From Chthonomonadaceae bacterium (GTDB lineage: Bacteria; Armatimonadota; Chthonomonadetes; Chthonomonadales; Chthonomonadaceae), in NCBI GenBank assembly GCA_965277875.1, contig CBDIDV010000002.1, positions 4,578,997-4,642,996 on the forward strand: a stretch of DNA of 64,000 nt, in the 5' to 3' direction. The translations under genes and the position numbers were made by a program. The notes below the pieces were generated by a model. The model was not told the origin of the DNA. It searched no databases and saw only the letters and a list, made by a program, of their open reading frames with translations. This document shows positions 50,515 through 58,906 of the stretch, piece by piece (the first letter of the stretch is position 1; every line of letters starts with the position of its first letter).

Positions 50515-51834
50515 GTGGCTGAAAACGTAGAAGAAGCCGCCGTACAGATCGTGGATACAGATACCAAGTCAGCGCTTGCCGAAGTAATCGCTCTAGCCGG
50601 ATCGCGGGATGAGGCCGCCTTCTTTGAGGACATGGCTTCTTATAAGGAAGTAGCTGCGCGAGTAGAAGAAGCGCCGATTGTACGACTCGCTAACACGATT
50701 TTACAGTCGGCTATCAAAGCAGGCGCATCGCATATTCATATCGAGCCAAATCGCCGCTATACCGGTGTGTACTTCCGCATCGACGGCGTACTGTACGAAT
50801 TGGCGGCAATGCCGAAATATGCTCAACGCCCGCTTATACAGCGTTACAAAGTTCTGGCAAGCGTCAACATTATTGAGTACCGTGTGCCGCAATCGGGGGA
50901 AATAGGCGCTCGCTACGACGGCAGCGCTTACAATTTGATTGTGAGTTTTTTGCCGACTCTGCACGGCGAAAAAGTGGTAATCCGTATTGCAGATCCCTGC
51001 CTGCCGAAACTTACGCTGGATCAACTTGGCTTCACGCCGGATGTGCAGGCGCGGCTTGAAGATGTTTTGACAAACCGACGTGGCATGTTGTTGATTGCCG
51101 GGGCGACCGGGCAGGGCAAAACAACTACGCAATACGCTTTACTGAACAAGTTGATTCAAAGCGGGCTGACTGCTATCGCCGTTGATAGCGTTTATGATTA
51201 CGAACTTAGCGGTGTCACGCAAGTCAAGCTGAACAAGCAAATTGGGTACACGGCGGAAGAAGCGCTGGCGTCCGTTGCTTTGCTGGACATTGATGTTGTC
51301 GCGCTTGGCAGTTGTCCGAGCAAAGAGGCGCTGAACATCGCTTTGCAGATGGCGGCAGACAGCCAATTTGTTATCCATACACTGAGTTCTCATGGTCCTG
51401 CCGGTGTCCTGAACCGACTGCTGAACATCGGCGCAGCTCCTTCCCTGATTGCGGAAGGCGTCCATAGCATTCTTGTGCAAAGACTGGCGCGAAAGGTTTG
51501 CGCCCACTGCAAAGAGTCCTACGAAATCTGTGCCGATGAACTGCGACCCTTTGGCTATGACAGCGCCGGCCCCTATGAAATGGTACAGCTTGCTAGAGGT
51601 AAAGGCTGTGAGATGTGCCGCAACACGGGCTACAAGGGCCGCATCGGACTGTTTGAACTAATGACCATGAATGCGGAAATGGCAGAGGCAACAGCACGGG
51701 GCGCAGGCAAAAATTCTTTGATGGAAGCCGTCAAAGCCAATGGCATGATGGAAATGCGCGAAGACGGCCTCATCAAAATCTTACAGGGCGTTACCACCCT
51801 GGAAGAAATAATGCGCGTGGTTCCGGTAAGTTAA
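50515..51834 (+). CDS. catalytically degenerate PilB/GspE paralog (PilB') lacking the N-terminal domain
   Basis: Aligns to PilB from residue ~180 onward with high identity at both ends. Walker A is altered (GATGQGKTT), Asp box AVDSVYDY, Walker B VVALGSCPS, His box SQFVIHTLSSH. The tetracysteine is retained. GTG start. Confidence 0.75.
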   Translation: MAENVEEAAVQIVDTDTKSALAEVIALAGSRDEAAFFEDMASYKEVAARVEEAPIVRLANTILQSAIKAGASHIHIEPNRRYTGVYFRIDGVLYELAAMPKYAQRPLIQRYKVLASVNIIEYRVPQSGEIGARYDGSAYNLIVSFLPTLHGEKVVIRIADPCLPKLTLDQLGFTPDVQARLEDVLTNRRGMLLIAGATGQGKTTTQYALLNKLIQSGLTAIAVDSVYDYELSGVTQVKLNKQIGYTAEEALASVALLDIDVVALGSCPSKEALNIALQMAADSQFVIHTLSSHGPAGVLNRLLNIGAAPSLIAEGVHSILVQRLARKVCAHCKESYEICADELRPFGYDSAGPYEMVQLARGKGCEMCRNTGYKGRIGLFELMTMNAEMAEATARGAGKNSLMEAVKANGMMEMREDGLIKILQGVTTLEEIMRVVPVS

Positions 51835-51852
51835 TTGTTGCATGGAACTTGT

Positions 51853-52095
51853 ATGGCATACAAACAGTTGCACATACTGCAAAGAGTAGTGACAATCACG
51901 CGCTATCTTGCCCTGACCGGCACAGACGGCCCATCGCTCGCGCGCCTGCTTGACGAAACGGATTATCTTATCAGCCTGATACGGCATGGCGAAGAACAAC
52001 CGGGCGAGTTCGAGCGAGTGTTGCAAAATATCGGAAGATTACACGCTGATTTTGCCTCACTTGCTCAAGAGTATACAATGCCGGTCGCTGCATAG
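51853..52095 (+). CDS. hypothetical small protein (80 aa) within the pilus cluster
   Basis: ORF between pilB' and the pilin gene. No family recognised. May start at TTG 51835. Confidence 0.3.
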   Translation: MAYKQLHILQRVVTITRYLALTGTDGPSLARLLDETDYLISLIRHGEEQPGEFERVLQNIGRLHADFASLAQEYTMPVAA

Positions 52096-52123
52096 CATTT
52101 GAAGCGCGACAGGAGAAAATCAG

Positions 52124-52729
52124 ATGCCGAACACTCGTTGCCGCGCGTTTACATTGGTGGAACTGTTGGTTGCTGTGGGCGTGATTGGGATACTGGCGGC
52201 GTTGCTGTTTCCTGTGGTCAACAAAGCGCGAAGTCAGGCGCGCAAGACGACGTGCCTGTCCAACCTGCGGCAGGTCGGTCTTGCGCTTAATCTGTACGAG
52301 CAGGATTGGGGGCAGTACGCGCCGCAGGGCTGGCACGACAACAGCCAGGATCTTGAACTCGTGCTGCCTGACCCGCTCGCCGCGTACACGCACGGCGCGG
52401 CGCTGTACCAGTGTCCCGAAACCAAATGCGAGTACAGTTTTCGCGGCTCGCTTGAAATGGATCTGGACGGACACTATAAATTGTTTCAGATGGCCCCGGA
52501 TAACGTACTTGCCTATTGCCCCCACGAGGATCATATTGAAGGACGCAAAGGCGACTTCTACCAGGTACTGCGTCAGGATATGTCGGTCAGCCGCGTACCC
52601 TCCGCCGATGTGAAGCTATGGTACTACATCAACGGGACATGGCAGCCGAACGCGCCCGCTTCCGAGTCGTATCAGCCGGGCGTAGTAGTGTTTCCCGGCG
52701 AAACGTGGCCGCTGCCGTTCACGAACTGA
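52124..52729 (+). CDS. type IV pilin-like protein (class III signal peptide)
   Basis: AGGAGA ribosome-binding site. MPNTRCRAFTLVELLVAVGVIGILAALLFPV. A TTCLSNLRQVGLALNLY segment shared with the DUF1559 proteins, but no H-X9-DG motif. Confidence 0.75.
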   Translation: MPNTRCRAFTLVELLVAVGVIGILAALLFPVVNKARSQARKTTCLSNLRQVGLALNLYEQDWGQYAPQGWHDNSQDLELVLPDPLAAYTHGAALYQCPETKCEYSFRGSLEMDLDGHYKLFQMAPDNVLAYCPHEDHIEGRKGDFYQVLRQDMSVSRVPSADVKLWYYINGTWQPNAPASESYQPGVVVFPGETWPLPFTN

Positions 52730-52740
52730 GAGTAAATTCT

Positions 52741-53142
52741 ATGACATCCTTTGCCCATGCGGAGATTTCGAGTTCAGGGAGCATCCAGACCGACATAAAC
52801 AATGCCGCCCGCAGGAAGGGATTGTTTATGTTCATCGAAAAGGCAAAGGAAGCCCAAGAGATCGCCCCTGAAACTGCGGAACTGGCATGGAGTACCTGGA
52901 ACCTGTTGAGCCGGACACTTGCACAGACGCTAATGGTTCCCGATGCCTCGTGTGGGCCGGACGATCAAATGCTGTTCCTGTGGGACAAAGACGAGCATCA
53001 CCTGGGACTTGAAATCGAGGCGACCGGAAACGGTTACTTTTTTTATCGCAATCGAGCGTCAGGAGCATTGTGGGACATGGACTACACACCGGGAAATGCT
53101 CTTAGCAGCGATGTGGTTGAGAAGCTGAGGATGTTTGCCTGA
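52741..53142 (+). CDS. hypothetical protein (133 aa), unknown function, inside the pilus cluster
   Basis: ATG ORF with good GC3. No signal peptide, no recognisable domain. Confidence 0.4.
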   Translation: MTSFAHAEISSSGSIQTDINNAARRKGLFMFIEKAKEAQEIAPETAELAWSTWNLLSRTLAQTLMVPDASCGPDDQMLFLWDKDEHHLGLEIEATGNGYFFYRNRASGALWDMDYTPGNALSSDVVEKLRMFA

Positions 53143-53145
53143 TTT

Positions 53146-53655
53146 ATGTCCATGCCGCTAATTCATGCCGGGCAGCAGGGAGAACGTCTGCCGGACGGCG
53201 AGAGAGTTCTTCGCCTGCTGAAAAAGACAACGAACGATGGGAAAGTTTCTCCTGACGAGTTTGAGCTTTCCACGCAGGATAAGCAGTCCCTGCTGCAATC
53301 CCTTTCAGTCTGGGCCGAGCGCCTGACGACGCCGGAGCAGGCGCGGGCGTTTATGGGCGACAAAAAGTACAGCTACTCCCTGTACTGTTCACTTGCAGTA
53401 GACACAATACGCGCACTTAGGCCGGAGCCGGATGCGAGCGCCGTTCGCCCACTGGATGTTGTCTGGGATCTGCTTACAATGGCGCAGCAAGACCATGAGG
53501 GTGCGTATGTGCCTCTGGGTATGGAAGGGCATTGCGGCCTGATGGGTTTGATGCGCCCGCCCGGTCTGTCAAAGCAGCATTTCTTCAGCCTGAGAAGCCA
53601 GTTAGCAGATTTAGCGAATAGCAGTCTCGCAAGCATACGCCGGGAACCGGACTGA
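53146..53655 (+). CDS. hypothetical protein (169 aa), translationally coupled to the previous ORF
   Basis: Its ATG is 4 nt after the stop of 52741-53142. No recognisable domain. Confidence 0.4.
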   Translation: MSMPLIHAGQQGERLPDGERVLRLLKKTTNDGKVSPDEFELSTQDKQSLLQSLSVWAERLTTPEQARAFMGDKKYSYSLYCSLAVDTIRALRPEPDASAVRPLDVVWDLLTMAQQDHEGAYVPLGMEGHCGLMGLMRPPGLSKQHFFSLRSQLADLANSSLASIRREPD

Positions 53656-53799
53656 AAAGAAGGTCTGGTAAAATTCCCAAAATAAGCGTATACTGACAAA
53701 TATAGTTTCGCATCTTTGTTCGCTTTGTACCACTTGCCGCGCCCATGACTGCTGATGCAAGCATAATCGGGCCAAAATCAACACTGTCGGAGAAAACAC

Positions 53800-55167
53800 T
53801 TGGCAAACAATCCGTACCCAACCCAGCCGCCTGGACAGCCGGGCGGTCAACAGCCGCAGCAGCCGGGAGGACAGCAGCCGACGGCCTACAACCCGGTTGC
53901 CACGCAACAGATGCCCGGAATGACGGGGCAGCCGCAGCAGTTACCCGGCCAGTCCACGCAGCCGGGGCAAATGCCCGTGCCGCAGGGCATCGGCCAGCCG
54001 ATGCCTACGGCACAGCCGATGCCTGCCGTGCAGGCCGTGCAGGTGGCATCCGCCAAGCCCACGCCGCTTGACGACGCGCATATTGACGACCTGCTGATGA
54101 CCATGTTCGAGAAGGGCGCGTCCGACCTGCACCTTGCCGTGGGAATCCCGCCCATCATCCGCGTGGACGGCGCGCTGGTTCCCTGCCCCTACGAGAAACT
54201 CAGCCCGCAGCACTCGCAGCGCCTGATCTACGACATCCTGACCGACGAGCAGATACAGCGGTTTGAAACGCACATGGAACTGGACTTTTCGTACCAGCTT
54301 GCGCGTACCGCCCGCTTCCGCGTCAACGTGTTTCGCGACAAGGGCAACGTGGCGAGCGCGTTCCGCCAGATCCCGCAGAAAATCCCGACACTCAAGGACC
54401 TGAACCTGCCCAACGTGCTGGAAGAGCTAACGCGCCTGCCGCGCGGCCTGGTCCTCGTGACCGGCCCGACGGGATCGGGTAAGTCCACCACGCTCGCCGC
54501 CATGATCAACCAGATCAACAGCGAAGTGAGCAAGCATGTCATCACGATTGAAGACCCGATTGAGTACCTGCACAACCACCGCACCAGCGTTATCAATCAG
54601 CGCGAAGTCGGCCAGGATACGCTGGAATTCAAGAACGCCCTGCGCGCCGCCCTGCGCGAAGACCCGGACGTGATCCTCGTCGGCGAAATGCGCGACCTGG
54701 AAACCATGCAGATGGCCGTGTCCGCAGCCGAAACGGGCCACCTTGTGTTCGCCACGCTGCATACCAACAGCGCGGCAACCTCGGTCGAGCGCATCGTGGA
54801 CTCGTTCCCGTCCGGTCAGCAGGAGCAGGTACGCCTTCAGTTGTCCAACAACCTGCAGGCGATCCTGTGCCAGCAGCTTATCCCGCGCGCCAATCAGCCG
54901 GGACGCGTCTGCGCCCTGGAGATCATGCGCGCTTCTCCGGCCATCCGCAACCTGATTCGCGAGGCCAAAGCGCATCAGATCACGAGTATGATCCAGACCA
55001 GCGCGAACCTGGGAATGCAGACAATGGATCAATGCTTGCGCGACCTGTACGTTCGGGGCCAGATCAGCTTCGAGGAAGCCATGACGCGCGCCATGAACCC
55101 GCCGGAACTGGAAAAGATGATTCGCACGGTCACAGCTCCGCTCGATGCCAAGCCCGCCGGAAGATAG
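53800..55167 (+). CDS. pilT: twitching-motility ATPase PilT with ~95-aa Pro/Gln-rich N-terminal extension (TTG start; N-terminus uncertain)
   Basis: Canonical PilT from LDDAHIDDLLMTMFEKGASDLHL onward: GPTGSGKSTT, IEDPIEY, ILVGEMRD, GHLVFATLHTN and the AIRNLIRE motif. Confidence 0.85.
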   Translation: MANNPYPTQPPGQPGGQQPQQPGGQQPTAYNPVATQQMPGMTGQPQQLPGQSTQPGQMPVPQGIGQPMPTAQPMPAVQAVQVASAKPTPLDDAHIDDLLMTMFEKGASDLHLAVGIPPIIRVDGALVPCPYEKLSPQHSQRLIYDILTDEQIQRFETHMELDFSYQLARTARFRVNVFRDKGNVASAFRQIPQKIPTLKDLNLPNVLEELTRLPRGLVLVTGPTGSGKSTTLAAMINQINSEVSKHVITIEDPIEYLHNHRTSVINQREVGQDTLEFKNALRAALREDPDVILVGEMRDLETMQMAVSAAETGHLVFATLHTNSAATSVERIVDSFPSGQQEQVRLQLSNNLQAILCQQLIPRANQPGRVCALEIMRASPAIRNLIREAKAHQITSMIQTSANLGMQTMDQCLRDLYVRGQISFEEAMTRAMNPPELEKMIRTVTAPLDAKPAGR

Positions 55168-55245
55168 ACACCTGCGCTTTCCTCTCTCCTGGTTTTTGGA
55201 GAAGAGGGAAAGGCGGAAGTTTGTTGACACCGCCGGAAGTTTCTA

Positions 55246-55283
55246 CCCTCACCCCCGGCCCCTCTCCCTGCATGGGAGAGGGA
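55246..55283. repeat. hairpin repeat (family R6)
   Basis: ccctcacccccggcccctctccc-tgcatg-ggagaggga. A second copy at 63483-63521 reads ccctcacccccggcccctgtccc-acgcgt-gggacagggg. Confidence 0.5.
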
Positions 55284-55349
55284 GTGAAGGTGCAGCCGGG
55301 TTCGTTGTTATCCGCAAATTCTATCCGACGCGCAACGTGAACGGACTGA

Positions 55350-55399
55350 CCTTCTCCCTCCGGGAGAAGGTGCGCGGAGCGCGGATGAGGGCCACAAAG
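55350..55399. repeat. REP-like hairpin element (family R4, copy 2)
   Basis: ccttctccctccgggagaaggtgcgcggagcgcggatgagggccacaaag. Confidence 0.5.
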
Positions 55400-55457
55400 T
55401 TATGTTGGGAGCGTTCCCTATAACCTAGAACCTACCTGCGCTTCAGGGAGAAACGTC

Positions 55458-55940
55458 ATGCCCATCTTCCAGTACACGGTGCTTGACCAGAGCGGAACTA
55501 TTCGTACTGGCACGTCGGAGGCCAGTGACAGCGAAATTCTTGATTATCGCCTGCGAGAGCAGGGTTTCGACGTCAAGGACATTCAGCCGGTAAACCAGCG
55601 CGCAAATCGGACATTTCCTGTTCGGGTAGCGCGTACTGATGTACTGGTGTTCTGGATACAGTTTTCGATTATGATTGACGCGCAGGTGGCGCGCTGGCGT
55701 TCCCTGGATGTTGCGGCAGAACAGGCGGCTTCGCCCGTCTTCAGGAACGTGCTGACCAAGCTTTCCAACCAGGTAATGGGAGGTACGCCCTTGTATCAGG
55801 CGATGGAACTGTATCCCCACGTGTTCGACAAGCCGAGCGTCGGCATCATCCGCGCCGGCGAAGTCGCCAACGCCTTGCCCGATGCGGTTCACCGCCTGAT
55901 ACAGTTTATGGAACGCGACCGGCGGCGCGAACGCGTTTAA
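55458..55940 (+). CDS. truncated PilC/GspF paralog (first T2SSF domain only, 160 aa)
   Basis: MPIFQYTVLDQSGTIRTGTSEASDSEILDYRLREQGFDV... parallels the pilC N-terminus. It ends after the first cytoplasmic domain and has no TM helices. Confidence 0.6.
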   Translation: MPIFQYTVLDQSGTIRTGTSEASDSEILDYRLREQGFDVKDIQPVNQRANRTFPVRVARTDVLVFWIQFSIMIDAQVARWRSLDVAAEQAASPVFRNVLTKLSNQVMGGTPLYQAMELYPHVFDKPSVGIIRAGEVANALPDAVHRLIQFMERDRRRERV

Positions 55941-56067
55941 CCTTGTGCCTGGACTGCCCTTTTACACACTCTTGTTAGACAACCTGCGTACACTGCCGAT
56001 GTATGCCGCGCCTGCAATTTTCGTTTCGTGATTTACCGTGCGTCCGCTTGGGAAGGAACCTAAACCA

Positions 56068-57327
56068 ATGCCCGTTTTTCAATATACTGTGCGTGACCAG
56101 ACCGGGGCCGTCCGCACCGGAACTTCGGAAGCGGAAAGCCAGGAGATCCTGAAGCGCCGCCTGCAGGAGCAGGGCTTTCAAGTCAACGAGGTCAGCGCGA
56201 CCAAAGGCAAAAAGAAAAAGTCGGCCACGGCGGGCTTCGGCAAAGTAAAACTGCACGACCTGTCCATCTTTTGCCGCCAGTTCTCCACAATGATTGATGC
56301 GGGCGTGTCGCTCGTGCGCGCCCTGGACGTGTTGGGCGAGCAGACGCAGAACCCCAAACTCAAGCGCATCCTCAAAGAGATACAGGTCGAAGTCGAGTCG
56401 GGCGGCCAGTTGTCCAAAGCGATGCAGAAGTACCCTAAAGTCTTCAGCAACCTGTTCATCGGGCTTGTGCGGGCGGGGGAAGTCGGTGGTGTACTCGAAG
56501 AAGCCCTCCAGCGCCTGTCCCACTTCCTTGAAAAGGACATGGAACTCAAGCGCAAGGTGAAGTCGGCCATGACGTATCCCGTCATCGTCCTGGTCGTCGC
56601 CCTGCTCATCGTGCTTGGCCTGTGTACCTTCATCGTCCCCAAGTTCGTAGACCTGTTCAAAGACCTGGGCGTCAAGGAACTGCCCGCCATGACGCAGTTC
56701 CTCGTGGATGTCAGCGACTTTATCAAAACGAAATGGTACGTCGGTATCATTATTATCCTGGTGGTGTGGTTTTCCATCAAATACTTTGGCACAACCAAAG
56801 TCGGGCGGCGCGTCATTGACCGCGTCAAGCTGAAAGTGCCGGTCTTTGGCAAGCTGGGACACAAAATCTGTATCGCGCGTTTTTCGCGCACACTGGCAAC
56901 TCTGCTTGTGTCGGGCGTACCGATTTTGCAGGCGATGGAAACCGTGGCCGGAACGCTGGGCAATGAGATCATTGCCGAGGCCGTGATGAACGCCCGCGCC
57001 CGCATCCGTGAGGGTGACAAGATCAACGAGCCGCTGGAAAAAAGCAAGATGTTCCCGCCAATGGTCGTTCACATGATCAGCATCGGCGAGGAGTCGGGCG
57101 CGCTCGACCAGATGCTTTCCAAAGTGGCCGAGTTCTATGAGGCCGAGGTGGAAGCCTCTCTCGCCAGTCTGACGGCGGCCATCGAGCCGGTCATGATCGT
57201 TGTCCTGGGCATCATCGTCGGCTTCATCGTTATCGCCATGTTCATGCCCCTGATCGCGGTCATCCAGAACCTGACGGGCGGCGGCGACGACGAGAACAAG
57301 AAGTCCGGCGGCGCCGCCAGCGAGTAG
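56068..57327 (+). CDS. pilC: type IV pilus inner-membrane platform protein PilC (GspF family)
   Basis: Two T2SSF domains and three TM helices. GGAAGGA ribosome-binding site upstream of the ATG at 56068. Confidence 0.9.
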   Translation: MPVFQYTVRDQTGAVRTGTSEAESQEILKRRLQEQGFQVNEVSATKGKKKKSATAGFGKVKLHDLSIFCRQFSTMIDAGVSLVRALDVLGEQTQNPKLKRILKEIQVEVESGGQLSKAMQKYPKVFSNLFIGLVRAGEVGGVLEEALQRLSHFLEKDMELKRKVKSAMTYPVIVLVVALLIVLGLCTFIVPKFVDLFKDLGVKELPAMTQFLVDVSDFIKTKWYVGIIIILVVWFSIKYFGTTKVGRRVIDRVKLKVPVFGKLGHKICIARFSRTLATLLVSGVPILQAMETVAGTLGNEIIAEAVMNARARIREGDKINEPLEKSKMFPPMVVHMISIGEESGALDQMLSKVAEFYEAEVEASLASLTAAIEPVMIVVLGIIVGFIVIAMFMPLIAVIQNLTGGGDDENKKSGGAASE

Positions 57328-57409
57328 GAAAGGGGCAGGGAAAAGGAGAAAGGAAACAGGAGAAAGCAGCGTCGCCGTCACTTTCTCCTTTCTCCTTTTC
57401 CCTTTTTCC
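57327..57409. repeat. family R1 repeat (hairpin-capable polypurine/polypyrimidine)
   Basis: ggaaaggggcagggaaaaggagaaaggaaacaggagaaagcagcgtcgccgtcactttctcctttctccttttccctttttcct. Lies between pilC and pilD. Confidence 0.55.
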
Positions 57410-57419
57410 TGAAGCAAGC

Positions 57420-58613
57420 ATGATTGTTCCTGTCGCCTTCTGGGGTATCACGATGTTTGCGCTGGGCATCACGGTCGGCAGTTTTCTGACGGCGGTGATT
57501 TATCGGCTTGGGCAGCAGGCGCTCGGATTGCAGACATTAAGCCTGCTGGAACCCAAGCGCTCGATGTGTCCCATTTGCAGGCATTCGCTGGGTGCGCTGG
57601 ACTTGATACCGCTGTTCAGTTTTCTGCTTGCCGGACAGAAGTGCCGCTACTGCAAAGCGCCGATCTCGTGGCGCTACTTCGGCGTGGAACTGCTGACGGG
57701 CCTGCTGTTTGTAAGTTTGTTTCTGCACTTTCCGCATACCACGATGCGGGACGTGCCTACCCTGATCGCCGCGCTCGCGTTCGGCGCGACCCTGATCCCC
57801 ATCTTCTTCATTGACCTGGAAACGTATACCATTCCGATCTCGCTGACCCTTCTGGCAACGGTGATCCCCGTTGCAAGGGATATATGGGGCATCACGCATC
57901 ACGAAATGGGATACGAACTGGTATGGGGATGGCTGCCGCGCTCGATTTTGGGCGGCCTGATAGGCGGATTAATCTTCGGATTCGTGCGTGTGTCGGGCTG
58001 GATATACAAGGGCATTGAGGCGATGGGCCTGGGCGACGTATATCTGGCACGGGGAATGGGCGCGATGCTGATGATCTCCATGCCGCCCGCCCTGGCTGCG
58101 GGGTGGTTTTTCCTGTGGGTGATACTGTCCTGCGTGACGGCTATAGTCGTCTACCCGATAGACAAGGCCGTTCGGCGCAAGGCGAATGCAAAAAAAATTT
58201 CGCTGACCGGGCAAAAAACTCTGGATCGGTACGGAAATACGCCTGCTCCTGTGGAATTAACCGGCAAACCGGGCGATAATGAAGACGAGCAATCGGAAGA
58301 AACTCTATCCTGGCAGCGCGAAGGCACATTCGGCGCGCAGGTGCGCGACATTGCCGAGGCCCTGTTCGGCTACGACGCCCTGGAATGGACGCGCTACACC
58401 TTTGACCGCAAGTACCGACAGCGCCTGGAAGCCGAGGCCGTAAACCTGCCGGACGAGGAAGAATGGACGCCCGCCGACACCGCCATTCCGTTCGGCCCGT
58501 TCCTTGTCGTAGGCTTCCTGCTGACCCTGTTCTTCGGCCCGGCCCTGCTCACCGCCTATTTCGCCTACACACATCTGTTTGCGCCCGCAAACACGGCTTC
58601 GGTCACGCAATAG
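57420..58613 (+). CDS. pilD: prepilin peptidase/N-methyltransferase PilD (A24 family) with ~100-aa cytoplasmic insertion
   Basis: N-terminal CPICRH...CRYC zinc motif. Catalytic-Asp context FIDLETYTIP. Eight TM helices. The inserted acidic segment is KANAKKISL...DEEEWTPADT. Confidence 0.85.
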   Translation: MIVPVAFWGITMFALGITVGSFLTAVIYRLGQQALGLQTLSLLEPKRSMCPICRHSLGALDLIPLFSFLLAGQKCRYCKAPISWRYFGVELLTGLLFVSLFLHFPHTTMRDVPTLIAALAFGATLIPIFFIDLETYTIPISLTLLATVIPVARDIWGITHHEMGYELVWGWLPRSILGGLIGGLIFGFVRVSGWIYKGIEAMGLGDVYLARGMGAMLMISMPPALAAGWFFLWVILSCVTAIVVYPIDKAVRRKANAKKISLTGQKTLDRYGNTPAPVELTGKPGDNEDEQSEETLSWQREGTFGAQVRDIAEALFGYDALEWTRYTFDRKYRQRLEAEAVNLPDEEEWTPADTAIPFGPFLVVGFLLTLFFGPALLTAYFAYTHLFAPANTASVTQ

Positions 58614-58684
58614 CCGACAGGAACAACGCGCCATGAAGCGTCGTCAAAGAAGCAAGTTTGCGCGTTAGTGAAGACGCGGGTATA

Positions 58685-58841
58685 GGAACGTACCCGTCTT
58701 GGAGGCGGCTGCGCCGCCGGGCGTCCACCGGGCGTAGCCGGAAGGACAAAGCGTCCTCGCGGACGCGATACACTTGTGCTTTCAAAGCATTCACGTCCAG
58801 AGGACGTTCGGTGCGTAGCGCCTCCAAGACGGGTACGTTCC
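58685..58841. repeat. REP-like composite element (family R5, long form) with 23-bp inverted ends
   Basis: ggaacgtacccgtcttggaggcg ... aagcgtcctcgcggacgcgatac ... cgcctccaagacgggtacgttcc. Confidence 0.55.
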
Positions 58842-58906
58842 TGTACCCGCGCCCGTATCCGCATTCGCGAGTCGCTGCCTGCCTGGGTGGGCCAAAGGAA
58901 TCGTTT

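Noticed and set aside
55975-57417. 480-aa minus-strand ORF antisense to pilC (starts MLQEKGKRRKEKV...)
   Set aside because: It overlaps the well-supported pilC on the other strand. Its N-terminus is simply the polypurine repeat R1 read in frame.
58658-58906. Upstream extension of the pilin ORF at 58907 (ORF track start 58658)
   Set aside because: The extension runs through the R5 REP element and lacks the class III signal context. The ATG at 58907 with a ribosome-binding site gives the canonical MNRKGFTLIEL start.
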